A stretch of DNA of 64,000 nucleotides from Eledone cirrhosa. Taxonomy: Eukaryota. The position numbers and the translations under genes were made by a program. The notes under the pieces were generated by a model, which saw only the letters and a list, made by a program, of their open reading frames with translations, was not told the DNA's origin and searched no databases. This document shows, piece after piece, positions 15,076-30,125 of the stretch. The stretch's first letter is position 1, and every line of letters begins with the position of its first letter. The DNA is taken from contig OZ024740.1 in the NCBI GenBank assembly GCA_964016885.1, positions 400,334,001-400,398,000 on the forward strand, read 5' to 3'.

Positions 15076-15280
15076 GGGCGGTCGGTTGGCAGTATCGGCA
15101 GAGCGTCGGACGCCATGCTTTGCAGTATAGAGTTACGGCCCTTTGTGATCTGAGTTCAAAACCCGGCTAGGTTAACTTTGCCTTTCATCCTTACGGGGTC
15201 GATGAAATAAAATACCAGTAATGCACTGGGGTCGATTTAATCGACTTTCCCCTCCCCTTGTGCCTATAAAAGAAACCACT
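15076..15280 (+). mobile_element. Meta-type tRNA SINE (long-tail variant)
   Basis: Core plus ggggtcgatttaatcgactttcccctcccc tail. Confidence 0.85.
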
Positions 15281-15787
15281 ATTAAGGCGGCGGACTAACA
15301 ATCGTTAGAATGTTTGATAGAAGGTTTTGCAGTATTTGTTCAAATTCCTTGTGATATTTGGGTCCAAATCCTATGGAGGTCAATTTTTGCCTTTAATCCT
15401 TACAAAGTCGATAAAACATGTAACAGTCCAGTTTTTTGGACTGTTTTTTCTCTATCTATTTAAAAAAAAAATTTTTTTAAATTTTAATTTAAAAATAAAA
15501 ATTTTTTTTAAAATTTAAATTTAAAACAAAACTGTTTTCCGCTCTCTCATTCTTTCTTTCTTTGTTTCGAAGAAGGTGATTGTTCAGGCCTAGTGTATGG
15601 GCTCCACTATTTCTAAATGCCTAAGATACGACGTATGTCAAGGCAGCGCTTCGATAACTCCATCAGAAGTTACAGGTCTTAGAGATAGGGAGTGAGAGAG
15701 AGCGAGAGCGAGAGAGAGAGAGGGAGGGAGAGAGAAAGAGAGGGAGAGAGAGGAAGATAGAGATAGATAGATAGATAGATAGAGAGC

Positions 15788-15851
<64 letters not shown>

Positions 15852-17072
15852 AACCATTACAGTTATTACAGCTTCAAGGGCAGTGGATTGACAATACCCA
15901 TTGAGCGGTTACGTTTGCTTTCTGCATTCTAGGTTCCATAAAGTATTTTGCCATTCAAATACGTGGTCGATATAATCGAATTTCCTCCTCTTCCCCGAAA
16001 TGATTGACCTTGTATCAATATTAGAATAAATTATTAGAGATGCGTGCTGGGAAAATTTGTCAAGAAACGGGTGAAATCACTTGCAATGTAATGGTCCGTC
16101 GCATTATCTCAATTAGTTCAATTCCTGCCCATGTTAAATTTATCTTTTCTTTCTTTTATAGGTCGACCAGTTGAATAGTTGATACGATAAATATATTATT
16201 CTTTCCCAGAATATCTCTTCAGACTGCCATCCGAGACTATTTCGCTGAAATCTTTTGGTAAGAAAGGATAGATATTTGTTTCACTCGGACATTATAGCAA
16301 GTGATATAATATTGTCGAAACCTATGCAAAAGAAAGGGGTTGGCGAATGTTCTTTTCTCATAATCGACCTAATTTTTCTATGATGTTTTCCGTTATTGTG
16401 AGCATGTATCATGTGGATTATATTATATTGATGTATGTATGGACCCACAATTCCTGATATAGTTGTTAAAATGTCGTCTTGGGCATTTTAAAAACTGGGT
16501 CTGAATATATTAGACTTTTTGCAGAAAAAGTGTGATGGGGAGAAAAAAGGAAAGTAAGAAAGGGATAAAGAGGAAGTATCTATCCTAATACTGAACGGGT
16601 CCATTTTTTATATTGCTCTCAGAGGGATGAAATGTAATATTAAGCTCTGCGGCATTTGAATTGAGAGTGCAGAGAGCCGAACGAATAGTACAAACGATTT
16701 TGTCCGACTTCCTATCGACTTGACCAATTGACCACCTATTATATCTATAATCATTTATTTTATATTCGTATTAAAACTAACATTATTTCATCTTATTGAT
16801 GTTCCTTGTCTGTTTACCTCTCTAATAGATATTGTAAAGCACAGAAGATCATTCCTAAGGACATGCAAGTACGTCAGCTTGCAGGTTATTCATTCATTGT
16901 TACTGGGCTGCTATCACGAGTCAAGCGTAGAAATATACTTCACCTTCGGTTATAACAAATAAATGACCTGTTTCAATATTGCGCCTAATGTTTACAATCC
17001 GCATCGAGTATATTTTTCTTTCGTTTGTGAAACCAAACATTATACGCCCCAACACACACACACACGCATATA

Positions 17073-17187
<115 letters not shown>

Positions 17188-17255
17188 GGGGTAACAAATG
17201 TCAGCTATGAGATTAAAAACCTTTTTTGTATAACAAACCATGTCAACCTTCTTTC

Positions 17256-17311
<56 letters not shown>

Positions 17312-17314
<3 letters not shown>

Positions 17315-17371
17315 GGTGTCCTTTTATTAGAATGCTGTTGAAGTGTGTATACATCTTTTTGAGATCCCATG
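17312..17371. mobile_element. Degenerate Tc1/mariner-type MITE
   Basis: TA-cagggtgtcc...gatcccatg-TA; related to 26870-26949. Confidence 0.55.
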
Positions 17372-17668
17372 TATATATATATATATAAATATATACACAA
17401 GCACAATACCAACAAACGCATATAAACACACCACACTAGTAAACTAAGATAGAATACAATAACGAAAACACAGTCACCCAAACGCGAACACACATCAGAC
17501 ACTATACATACACGCAAACGCATGCGCAGAGAAGAAGACAAAAATAAATAAATAAATAAACAGATAAAATAAAAATGTCGTAGACATAGAATACAACAGG
17601 AGGAACACTGATGATGTTGCAGATGTGCAACGAAAGAACTTTGTTAGACTATATATATGTGTATGTGT

Positions 17669-17781
<113 letters not shown>

Positions 17782-17806
17782 CGCGCGTGTGTGTGTGTGC
17801 GCGCGC

Positions 17807-17871
<65 letters not shown>

Positions 17872-17885
17872 CATAAATATGTATT

Positions 17886-17922
<37 letters not shown>

Positions 17923-18488
17923 GTACATCTATATGTATGTATGCCTGTGTATATCTTGGTGCATGAAAATATTCATGTATAAGTATATTCGTATATACGT
18001 AAATACACATATTCAAAAATAAAAATTCTTCCAAAGACTGATACGCATACATACGTAAACGTAGTTCAGCATTCACAAAGATACACATACATATGTATAT
18101 GTGTAGAAGTCTATATTTATGCATTGGGAATAACAAGGAAATATTCACTAAAAGTTTACAATTTATTTGTTTTACATTAACTGCGTCAACAATGAATGTT
18201 ATCATAATGTTTCATCCTGTATCAGTATCCTGGCTGTTTATTAATCAATTATGCCATAGTTGATAGCATCATCGTCACTAACATGATCACCAGCACTAAC
18301 TTACCCCCATCATCATCATAATCCCTGACAACGTCTTTTTATTCACAATTTTGTTATTTTATCTTCGACACCCCTGTATCCTTTATCTTTGTCATTATTG
18401 TTCTAGTGACTCTCAATACTACCTCCATGGATATTGTTTCGACTTTCAACCAAACAGTGACATTTAAATAACATAAACACATTACCAT

Positions 18489-18735
18489 GTGGATTGGCAG
18501 TATCGATAGAGCGTCGGACACCCTGCTTCCCGGCATTAAGTAACGGCTCTTTACGTTCTGAGTTCAAATCTCACCGAGATTAGCTTTGCCTTTCATCCTT
18601 ACGGCGTCGATAAAATAAAGCACCAGTAATGTACTGGGTAATGTACCAGTAATGTACTGTGTAATTACTGGGTAATGTATCAGTAATGCACTGGGTAATT
18701 ACTGGCCTTGTGCCAAAAGTAGTAGAAACAATTAT
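18489..18735 (+). mobile_element. Meta-type tRNA SINE with internal tandem expansion
   Basis: Core present; cagtaatgtactgggtaat reiterated 3-4 times. Confidence 0.85.
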
Positions 18736-19765
18736 TATTAGCTTTATTTTTAATTTAAGCATGTAGTCAACAATTTTGGAAAGAGGGTGAGGGATATATC
18801 GTTTATATCGACCCTAGTACTTTACTTTGTTTGTAAGTATGTGTGTATATTGCCAAAACAAGAGCAAGAATGATGGTGTCACTCTACTGATATGGTTTAA
18901 AGAGGCTGTTTGCATAATTACAAACGAATCAAATATTATAATTAATATTCGAAAAAATCAGATTACATTTATTGTAGTCAGCCATGAAGAGCGATAAACT
19001 ATTTGTTTATTTTATATATATATATATATGTGTGTGAGTGTGTGAGTGTGTGAGTGTGTGTGTGTTAAGTATTTCCGTAGAAAATGTAAAAGAAAGAAGA
19101 GTGCTCTATGTATTGTACAGATCTATTTAATTACATAATAAACCACACAATATAACTATTCCATTACCAAAGCTTTCAAGAAACTAGACGATCCTTACAG
19201 AAACGTCCAGTGATTTCCTTGTAAAATATTGATATAATATAAATTGAATGCAACCAATATTCAAAACTTCACCCTGAATTAACTTGTGAAGATTTTACCT
19301 CTATCATTTGGACATTCATTCAAAAAATATGATTAACACGAGGTGATAGTCTGAATAATTTCATCTTTGCTTTCTGGTCTTATAGGGGGGAAAAAAACAA
19401 ACATAAAAAAAAGAAATGCTGTTAAAATAAATATTGTAATTATTTGATAATTGTTCTCAATTTAATTTTCCTATTTCAAAGTAAATCAAAACCTGAATTT
19501 ATCCCGTGGGCATATTTTTAGACTAATAAATTTAGCATAGACGCATGAAAATAGAAATGGTGTTGTTTAATATTTTTTCTGACGAAGTTGATGTAAAGAG
19601 ATTAGCTGTAAACCATATTTCAAGAAAGTGATAACAATGACGATAACGACGACGAGGACGATGGTGATGATGGGGAGGATGTTGTGATGATGGTTTGGAT
19701 GCTGCTACTGCTGGTGAAATGTTGACAATTTTATAAATATGATGTTATTATAATTACATTTAGAA

Positions 19766-19983
19766 GGGCAGAGGATTGGCAGTATTGGTAGAGGGTTGGA
19801 CGCCATGCTTTGCAGCATAGAGTTATGGTCCTTTACTGTCTGAGTTCAAATCCCGCCGAGGTTAACTTTGCTTTTCATCCATACGAGGGTCGATAAAATA
19901 AAGTACCAGTAACGTACTGGGGTCAATTTAATCAACTTCCCCCTCCCTCCACATTACTGGCCTTGTGCTTATACTAGAAATCA
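19766..19983 (+). mobile_element. Meta-type tRNA SINE (long-tail variant)
   Basis: TSD attataattacattta. Confidence 0.9.
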
Positions 19984-20090
19984 TTATAATTACATTTATA
20001 AGCGTTGTGGATAGGCAGAATATCCCCACCACTATCCCTCTATAGGATAGAGGGATAGTGGTGGGGATCATATCATCATCCTCGTGTTAG

Positions 20091-20281
20091 ATAATTGTTT
20101 CTACATTTGGCACAAGGCCAGCAATTACCCAGTGCGTTACTGGTACTTTATTTTATAGAACCCGTAAAGATGAAAGACAAAGTTAACCTCGGCGGGATTT
20201 GAACTCATATAATAAAGGCCCGTAACTCTATGCTGCAAAGCATGGCGTCCGACACTCTACCGATACTGCAAATCTACCGCC
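20091..20281 (-). mobile_element. Meta-type tRNA SINE
   Basis: Reverse complement of the family consensus. Confidence 0.88.
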
Positions 20282-20460
20282 AATCCACAGGCAGAATATA
20301 TAGTGCAGAATAAAATGTATTTGTGGTGTTTGTTTTAGCTCTTTGCCTTCTAGTTTAAATTCTATCGAGTTCATATTTGCCTCTCATCCTTCCGTGGACA
20401 ATAAAACAAAAACAATTAAATTATTTGGTCGAAATAAACGACTTTCCTTCTCCCTGCAAG

Positions 20461-20655
20461 AGACCTGTCAACTCTCCCCATCCGACGGGGAGAACTCCCA
20501 TCCACTTTGGGGTGGGTGAATGATGTCTTATCTTGTGTAAATTGGTATAGCTTTCATTATGTAAACTCTCCCCATTTTGCCTCATTTCTCCTCTTTTTGG
20601 AACACTATCTTTCCTGGTACTCCCTGTTTGGGTTTTTAGAGGTTGGCATGTCTGC
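20461..20655. mobile_element. About 190-bp MITE (TIR cagacctgYcaac)
   Basis: agacctgtcaac...gttggcatgtctg; further copies 25094-25287 and 25686-25869. Confidence 0.75.
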
Positions 20656-20674
20656 TACAAATTGCTGGACTAAA

Positions 20675-20882
20675 TAATGGTTTCTTATATAGGCACAAGT
20701 CCATCAACTTTTGGGGGAGGAGAAAGTCGATTAAATCGACTGGTACTTTATTCTATCGACCTCGTGAGGATGAAAGGCAAAGTTAACCCCGGCGGGATTT
20801 GAACTCATATCATAAAGGGCCGTAACTCTATTCTGCTAAGCATAGCGCCCGACCCTCTACCGATACTGCTAATCCACCGCCC
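20675..20882 (-). mobile_element. Meta-type tRNA SINE
   Basis: TSD ttgctggactaaataatg (20661-20678, 20883-20900). Confidence 0.9.
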
Positions 20883-20974
20883 TTGCTGGACTAAATAATG
20901 ATTGTCAGTACGTTTCCAAAAACGAATTTACTACTGCTACTACTACTACTAGAACAATAACAAACACTATTACT

Positions 20975-21196
20975 AATAATGGTTTCTTATATAGGCACAA
21001 GGCCAGCAATTTTGAGGGCGGGGAAAGTCGATTAAATCGACCCCAGTGCGTGACTGGTACTTTATTTTATCAACCCCGTAAGGATGAAAGGCAAAGTTAA
21101 CCTCGGCGTGATTTGAACTCAGATCATAAAGGGCTGTAACTCTTTGCTGAAAAGCATGGCGTGCGACCCTCTACCAATACTGCCAATCCACCGCCC
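20975..21196 (-). mobile_element. Meta-type tRNA SINE
   Basis: TSD tattactaataatg. Confidence 0.9.
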
Positions 21197-21434
21197 CAAC
21201 AATATTACTAATAATGTTAACGTTTAGCTCCTCCTTCCGAATAAGTTTCATCGAGTATCAATGTAAACAAAAACCCAACAAACTCGAGTTGTGAATATCC
21301 TCTCTTTGGTCTATAAAATGTTGTATGTTGTTCAACGCACAATACTCTGTATAAGACTATATTTTTCTCCCGAAAATACCAAAACACACATCTATTTGTA
21401 TATGTGCTACAATTTATGCACATGTTATGTAAAG

Positions 21435-22380
21435 ATAGATGGGGGAGAGAGATATAGATATAGAGAGGGATAGAGTTTCATGGTAATTGATATAGAGAGG
21501 AAGGTTGGGGGGAATGTGTTTATATTAGATAGAGCGAGGGGGAAAATAGATGTTTATTGATATAGAGAGGGGGATTGAAAAAAAAAAGTTCCATGTAGTA
21601 GATATAGAAAATAGGAGAGTGTGGCGTTGCTGAATCATAGAGAGGGGGATTGGAAGAGAGTTCCGTGAGCTCGATATAGAGAGGAGAAGAGTTTGGTGCT
21701 AATTGATATATAGAGGGGAAAGAGAGTTCCATGTAGTAGAATTTGATGGTAAAAAATAGAATGAGAGGATTGATAGAGATAAGATTGATAGATATAGAGA
21801 GGAGGAGTGTTTGGTGTAAATTGATATAGAGAGGGGGGATTGGGAGAGATTGGTGCATGGTTGAGGTAGAGAGGAGGAGAGTTTGGTGGTAATGAATACA
21901 GGGGGTAGTTTGTAGTGGTGGATGAAGTGAGAGGGAAAGAAAGAGAGAGTGTTATATGGTAGATAGAGGGAGGGGGATAATTTGGTGCTAATTGATGTAT
22001 AGAGGGGGATGGAAGAGAAAGTATCATGTAGTAGATATAGAGAGGTGTAGATTTCAATACTTGTAGATATAATGAGAGAGTTGGGAGAGATAAATATTGC
22101 TAAATGTATAGAGGGGGAATGGGAGAGACAGTATAGTAAAAGATAAAGATGGATAGAGAGAGAACGATTACGAAAGAGTGTGGTAGAGATGGCGAAGGAG
22201 AGAGGTTGGAGATGATTGATATAAAGAGGGGGATTGGGAGAGTGTTTTGTATGTTAGATATAAAGAGGAGGAGAATTTGTTGGTTGTAGATATAGAGAAA
22301 GGATAATGAGAGAGTGCCGTGTAGTAGACATAGAGAGGGTCCAAATAATAGGAAGGGTTAAAATAAGGGAGGGGGACTGG
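21435..22380. repeat. Degenerate purine-rich minisatellite
   Basis: Repeated gatatagagagg(g/a)gga...gagtttggtg..aattga / catgtagtag units. Confidence 0.75.
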
Positions 22381-22709
22381 CTTTGGAAATCGCTAAATGT
22401 ATATGTACAGTTCGTAAATATGGGATTTCTTGCAATGCTCTTTTTTTGTAGTACATAATGTTTTTCTTTTAATGTTAAATAAAATAATTGGACTTGAGAG
22501 TACGTGAATATTTGACGGACGTAAGAATGAAAACTCAATACCGAAGTAGAGTTTAAATACTCATTTATTATGGGTAAGTGATGAGCCTTGTTACCCGGGA
22601 GTCTCACCTGTGTTCTCACAGGATCATTAGACATGACTGGTGATCCTGTGAGTGCGCAGGTGAAACTTTAGAGTAACAAAGCTCACCAATAACCATAATA
22701 AATGAATAG

Positions 22710-22858
<149 letters not shown>

Positions 22859-22957
22859 AATATAAATTAGCGAGAATCGTATTTCGGCTTAGGAATTATA
22901 TATATACATATATATACATACATATATACATACATATATACATATATATACATATAT

Positions 22958-23322
22958 ATGGTGGCTGCCAACTCGTTTTCGAGTACGGCCACTACTTTAT
23001 AGCCATGTAGGAGAACCCCTACCGATGCGCTGAACGAGTGTGACTTTTTAGTCCAGCCAGCGACTTGAAAACTCTGGCACAAACACCACACTTGTGACAA
23101 TTATTGACACATAGTGCTGGGCCCATGGTACCATGTGACGGCAAGTGAAGAGAGATCTCCAGATATAAAGCAATGTCTGTGTCGTGAAGCTTTTATAGTG
23201 AGCAAAGGCACTGCACAAAGCCAATCCCACTCTCTTGACCAAGATGATATTTACCAAAAAGAAGAATAAGTCAACATCATTGGATACCATCAGGGTTGCA
23301 GGTGTTATATCAGAGTTTTCCT
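22958..23322 (-). mobile_element. Partial copy of the RTE-derived non-autonomous element (see 41856-42450)
   Basis: Reverse complement matches 42085-42450 closely. Confidence 0.85.
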
Positions 23323-23368
23323 TCATATATATACATATATATATACATACATATATATATACATACAT

Positions 23369-23449
<81 letters not shown>

Positions 23450-23576
23450 TATACACATATACACACACATATATATATATATGTGTATATATATATATAT
23501 ATGCATGCATATATATATGTGTATATATATAAATATGTATGCATATATATATATATATATACACATATATATACAT

Positions 23577-23654
<78 letters not shown>

Positions 23655-23679
23655 ATGTATATATATATATAAATATGTA

Positions 23680-23759
<80 letters not shown>

Positions 23760-23880
23760 TGGAGATGGAGTGATGAATACATTTTGTATAATACCAGTTT
23801 ATTACCTAATGTGAAGTAGCCCCATATATCAACCCCTTAGGAAAGGGTACAGAACATTATTTCTTTCTACATTATATATA

Positions 23881-24083
23881 CAGGAGCGGTGGAACTGGAG
23901 GGAGGTCAGCGGGGCAATTGTCTCCACCCCTAATAATTATATTTTTCTCCTCAAACTACTAAAACACATCTGTTTAGATACGTGTTTTCTTACCATTTTA
24001 GAGTGTAAAGAGCTAAACTAATCACTACAACTAAATTGACCAAATTTGCCCCCCCCCAATTAATAATGCTTCCTCTGCCCCTG
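23881..24083. mobile_element. MITE with cagg.gcgg...ctgcccctg termini
   Basis: Imperfect TIRs and internal ggggcaa(a)tt/aatttgcccc inverted motif. Confidence 0.55.
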
Positions 24084-24104
24084 TTTCATATATTAGAAAT
24101 CATT

Positions 24105-24239
24105 AGAGTTACGGCCCTTGCCATTCGGAGTTCAAATTCCGCCGAGGTTAACTTTGCCTTTCATCCTTACGGGGTCGATATAGTACCAGTAATGTACTGG
24201 ATAATTTCTGGCCTTGTGCCAAAAGTAGAAACAATTATA
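24105..24239 (+). mobile_element. 5'-truncated Meta-type SINE
   Basis: B-box, core and tail present. Confidence 0.8.
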
Positions 24240-25093
24240 TTGCCTCGTCAAGTATGAAATTTGTAGAAATTCATTTTCCTTCTACAAATCTCTACAAATT
24301 TCATACTTGACGACCTAATATTTAATTTATAAACTAAACAAAACAATTCTTAACGGCGATACTAAGGGATAAAGATAGAGAGAGAGAGACATACAAATGT
24401 CGATAGTTGAGCGTGTATGTGCATCTGTAGACATGTTTGCATATGGATGTTTGTGTATGTACGTGTGCTGAATATGGAAATGCTTTCATTGTTGGTTCGT
24501 TCAACAAGGCCGATCCGTTCATTTCCTGACACCAAATTTTCTATCACCCTATTTCACACCCATACGCATCTAATCGCCCGAAGTGAAGTTCAAATCAAGT
24601 GAAAAACAAACTGACGTTCAAATCTCACCTTCGACACTTTCATTTTAATATTCTTTAGTTTACGGTTTTTAGTTTTGGTTTTTAAAAAAAATAAAGATAA
24701 AAGGAAAGATGAAAATAAATCAATGAGAATGAAAAACAGATTTCCTAATAGTTTATTTCTTGAAAGGTGATGAAGTGAGAGACAGAATGAAGCACCACCC
24801 AATATGCCTTAAGGTATTTCATTTTGTCTGTTTATTGTTATAAAGTTTCTTTTTCATATTCTGAGTTCAAATTATTTGATGGTTGATTCTGCCGCCCGTC
24901 TCTTCGGAATCAACGTAATAATTACCGTTTCTGTGGTCAATTCAATTAGTGATACCTTTTCTCTACATAAATCTGGTCTTGTTTTAATGAGAGATAGTAT
25001 TCAATTATTTACACACAGAGAGAATTCTGAATATATTACTAATAGCTGCACCATGAAAGTCGTCACTTTTATTCTAATTCACTTCTTTATTGC

Positions 25094-25287
25094 AGACCAA
25101 TCAACTCTCCCCGTCCGACAGGGACATCTCTCACTCACTTTGGGGTGGGTGAGAGATGTCTACTCTTGTGAAAATGGGTATAACTTTCATTAGATAAAAT
25201 TTCCCTATTTTGCCCTTTCTCTCCCCGGTTTGGGGCACTTTTTTTCATGGTACGCCCCGTTTGGGTTTTTAGAGGTTGGCAGGTCTG
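25094..25287. mobile_element. MITE (cagacc...gttggcaggtctg)
   Basis: Homologous to 20461-20655. Confidence 0.75.
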
Positions 25288-25685
25288 TTATAATCTTTTA
25301 TTTTATGGTAAAATATATGTAGTGAAAATATAAATTCTCATTTTGTTTTCTAGGGTAACATTTAAAGGGAATTTTGTTATAAATGTTAGCATGTTGAGAA
25401 ATTCTGCAGCAAATCTGTCATTAGCTAGATCGGAGCTGACTTGGGGCTATACGATATGAACATCAACATGTACAATTTCAGTGTTATGAATCGACGAAGT
25501 AGATTGAATATAGTCACGGGAAATATGTTTGCATGACTTTAATACCCGCGTCATCTGAGATCTGAGCTCTATTCCCGCGTGTTGTCAAATTCAACCATGG
25601 GATAAACTGCGATAGCATCAGTTAAGTAGCTGCCATAAACAAAGGCAGGTCACCACTTCTTTTCAAAAGTATGGAATTAGATATC

Positions 25686-25869
25686 AGAACTGTCAACCTC
25701 TAAAAACCCAAACGGGGGAAAAGTGCCTCTAAACGGGAAAAATATGAGGCAAAATGGGGAGATTTTATATAATAAAGGCTATACTCATTTTCTCAAGAGA
25801 AGACATCTCTCACACATCCTAAAGTGGGTGGGAAATCTCCCCGTCGGACGGGTAGAGTTGACAGGTCTG
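25686..25869. mobile_element. MITE, same family, opposite orientation
   Basis: cagaactgtcaacc...gttgacaggtctg. Confidence 0.75.
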
Positions 25870-26187
25870 AGGTATAGAAAATTATATACGCTATTACAAA
25901 TATCACATGTGCGCACCCACATTATTCTTGTATATATTTTGTAAGTTTGTATACAAATGTAAACACTGAGTTGATTCTGTTTAGAATTATAACAATATGT
26001 CTACTCTGTATCTAACATACAACACTCTTTTCAATGACGTGTTGTCAAATTCAACCGAGGGATAAACTGCGATAGCATCACGCTTTCTCATTCTTTACTT
26101 CTCACCCCATTCATCTACTCACATTCTTTCCCTCCCATATCTCCTTCACGCATTATATATATATATGTATGTGTCTGTGTGAGTGTG

Positions 26188-26259
<72 letters not shown>

Positions 26260-26260
<1 letters not shown>

Positions 26261-26436
26261 CAAAGGAATTGTGGTAAGGAACCAGATGGACCCTAACGCA
26301 CCAGAGTACTCAATACTTAGGGTAGTAGAGTGGGAAATAGGAAAAAGTGTGACCCCGACGGCAGAGCTCAAGCCGTTTCGACGGCTATTTCTGGACTCAG
26401 TCCAGAAATAGCCGTCGGGGTCATATTTTTTCCTAT
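26260..26436 (-). mobile_element. PLE terminal remnant, family C, with fold-back arm
   Basis: Minus: GAAAcggc..gccgTC (HHR 3' half), then bulged hairpin 26308-26331; palindrome centred about 26398; sister copy 48237-48335. Confidence 0.7.
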
Positions 26437-26510
26437 ATATATTTATATATATATATATATATAAGTATGTATCAGCCGTACTAAGAGTGAGAAATGAAAT
26501 TTCATTTTTT

Positions 26511-26545
<35 letters not shown>

Positions 26546-26559
26546 TATATATATATATA

Positions 26560-26683
<124 letters not shown>

Positions 26684-26697
26684 TATATATATATATA

Positions 26698-26745
<48 letters not shown>

Positions 26746-26810
26746 AGCAAATTATAAACGTAAATATGTAAGTATGTTTTTGAAACGGTGCGCGAGTTTG
26801 AAATTAGAAA

Positions 26811-26849
<39 letters not shown>

Positions 26850-26869
26850 TATATATATGTACATATATA

Positions 26870-26949
26870 CAGGGTGTCCCCAAAAATTGTATACTACACA
26901 TTTCAACAGCATTTGATAAATATATGTGGGCATTTTTTGGGACACCCTG
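26870..26949. mobile_element. 80-bp Tc1/mariner-type MITE
   Basis: TA-cagggtgtccc...gggacaccctg-TA. Confidence 0.8.
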
Positions 26950-26958
26950 TATATATGA

Positions 26959-26989
<31 letters not shown>

Positions 26990-26993
26990 AGTA

Positions 26994-27029
<36 letters not shown>

Positions 27030-27065
27030 AGTATGTGTGTGTATATAAATATATATATATAAGTA

Positions 27066-27104
<39 letters not shown>

Positions 27105-29534
27105 CTCATTTAAGGGCTCCCTTACTTAGTGAAGAGTGAATAGTGAAGACATTTTGACTGATCTGTTGAACTAACAGGTGCCAGAGCCTGAAGAGGGCTG
27201 CTGTAAAAGGTATTTCTTGAATTACTCCTGGCAGTCATGATTACATTAGCAAGATAACATCGAAATACTGACCTTTCCTCTCTAAACGCTGCTACTCTAT
27301 CGGAATTTAAGGAAGCGTTATGACAGGTCGTTAACTCCTGATGTGGCATAATGATACATCTTTACAGTACTGTGAGCCCATTAGAACGAGAGGCATTCAA
27401 AAACCAAACATCACAAAATGTCTACATAAAAAGAAAAACTACAAAAATAAAACATGGGATGGACTACTTAATGTATAAAGGAAACTAAAGAAACATATCG
27501 TATCAGGATAACACATTTCTTCTGATTATTTACAACCATTCATTTAGATTTAGGGGGAATGGAATAGAGATAAGGTTAAAGGAACGCCAAGAAGGTGGTA
27601 TGTAAATTGGCTCAAGAATTAAACTTGAAGTTGCTGAGATTTACGGATAGTGTCTTTGTTATTTAATCTCGTTTTCCTCATAGGGTTTTAGAGGTTGTCA
27701 CATTGAAACCGTCGTTAATTTAGGAAAACAGATTGAGGCGTTTACTTTCACCAGTTTTCGTATAACAAGAATGTGTACAAATTACGGGATAATTATATGA
27801 ATGAACGACAAGTTACCCATCTCTGTGTTATCTCTAAATAGTCTACCACAGTTATCAAACTTAGACGTTTGTTACTGAAATTGACTATTCACTTGGTAAA
27901 CAAAACAACCATTCAGTTCAATATTCCCCATCGGGGTAGATAATTGAATAAATTTAATCAAATATAGAATTATTACTTTAAATGGACCACCGTCGGGTTT
28001 GACGATGAATGTTCGAGTTGTTCGAGCAACGGAACAGCCTACTCATGAAATTATATCGCAAGTGGCTGAGAATTTCATATACACGTGTACTCTTAAAGTA
28101 ATTCTGAAGTAGATACAACATGAAATCATGTGTAACATAGCTGGTCCTTTAATTTACAGGCTGAATTTATTTGACAGGCTTCCAAGCAGTTTCTGTCTAA
28201 CACATTTCACCCACAAAACATAGGCCGAATTGAAGGTTGCCCAAGAGGCTACGTTATAGCATCGAATACGGGATCGAATGATCTAGAAAAGGAGTCTTTA
28301 AGCATTCGACCATGTTAAGATGAATTAGACTTCTACAGTAAAAAACAAATTTATACTTCATTACGCAGCATTATTGGAGTGTAGTATTAAATACCTCGGT
28401 ATATATTCCAACTCTTTACATCCTGATTCCATGTGTGATGCATAGGCGGCATTGTCAACAAGAATTTGGATTGGAAGTTTTGTGATATCTGTTAAGAGAC
28501 TGCGTGCTCTGGGTTGCAACCGGCATATAGTTTTAGCACTGGAAAGACCAATGGAAACGTTTTTCTCGGAAAGTTCTGACGAATAGCAGCAAGAAATGTA
28601 ATGACAACGTTCTAAATACCAGACTTTATGATTTGTATTGAAACTCACTCGAATCAATTCATTATATTTCTCTCAATATACATATAATTTCATAATCTAT
28701 TATAATGACTGCAGTGAATTCTAATGGAGTATTTTTCAGTGTGATTCTAACTACCGTTTTACATTTATGGCCACCAACAGAACAAACGTTAACGCAACTC
28801 TATATGATTGAAATTGCAGGTAGATATACTTTCATATCTCACGTCATGTTTCTCGGGAAGTTTATTCACTCGGTTCAAGGGATGTACTTGTATTCACCAC
28901 TTTCTCAAATATAACCTTAAAGGAATTAGTACAACTACCGTTTATCGTCGGGATTTAACTAAAGCGCCAAGGAAACTCGTACATTATATAATTATATTGA
29001 ATATAAATAATTGCTTCACAAAGGCAATGGGACCTATTTATTGAAACAAATGTCAACTAAATTCATTAATATAATAAGATAAAATTTAATATAATTATAA
29101 TAATTATTTCGTTATTTTCTGGGTCAAAGATCTGACATTTAAAGAAGCGATACTATATGTATTTTATCCCACAGTTTGCCTTTCGAGATGAGGAATATTC
29201 ATCAAATTAGATGTAACCTTATAAATCAAAATGTAGTTGTGGCATTCATAATTTTTTAAGGACATTATTGACGCAGCTGACGCTCGGAATATCTTAACAT
29301 TCACTGACATAGTCCACATAGCAATAAAGGAATTTCCCTTTTAGCGACATCTCTCCATTGAATGAAGCTGGAGTCCTGTAAAATCTGTCATGATAGATAA
29401 ATGAATAATTTCAAATTTGCTAAACGATAAAATGAAAGACAACACGTAAAACAAATACAGCGAAAGAGAAAATAGAGGGGAGATAGAAATGGCTGAGAAA
29501 TCTCTACCTCTTAGACAAAAATGTACACCCCAGC

Positions 29535-29645
29535 TGTGCACTATGGACAAGATAGTGAAAGCATTACCACGGAAAGCCACCAGCGGTATCCGCAGGATAA
29601 TCCATTCCAACTCTTGTGCGTCCTCCATTAGACGCGACGCCTTTC
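29535..29645 (-). mobile_element. CRE-like non-LTR 3' fragment
   Basis: QELEWIILRIPLVAFRGNAFTILS, homologous to 10850-10975. Confidence 0.55.
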
Positions 29646-30125
29646 TCACTACTCGACGAAAGAAAACGACAATTTATGGACCGAGATAAAAATGGTGTTA
29701 GACACGAAAAGGAAACAAACAGTCGATACCTGGCATTTAGTCATATTCTGCTCCTCTACTTTGTGGTTGGGGCGTTTGGCGTTTTGACAAAGTTAACACT
29801 CGATATTTCTTCAGGTTGACCTGAGAAAATAAATTTAAAACTGTAATTGCAGTTATTTTCTGTGCCTGAGCCACCAACATTTTCTTATAAATCTACTTCC
29901 TCAGCGCCTCGTAAGGTCGACAATTCTAGCTTCACACACATTTGTTTTCATTTTCAAAGACTGTTTAATTCAGCTTCTTAATTAAGACAATAAGATATCA
30001 GGGGTCCCGTATCTAAATGGTGAGAGCACATAACCGGTATGTGGGACATACTGAGTTCAATTCTTTGTGGCAGTCACGGGCAAAGTTTACCGTCTCTAAA
30101 TATATTTACTTAACTTTTATAAGCT

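Noticed and set aside
28361-28657. 98-aa minus-strand ORF as an exon
   Set aside because: Partly overlaps a decayed SINE tail similar to 56950-57035; no recognisable domain
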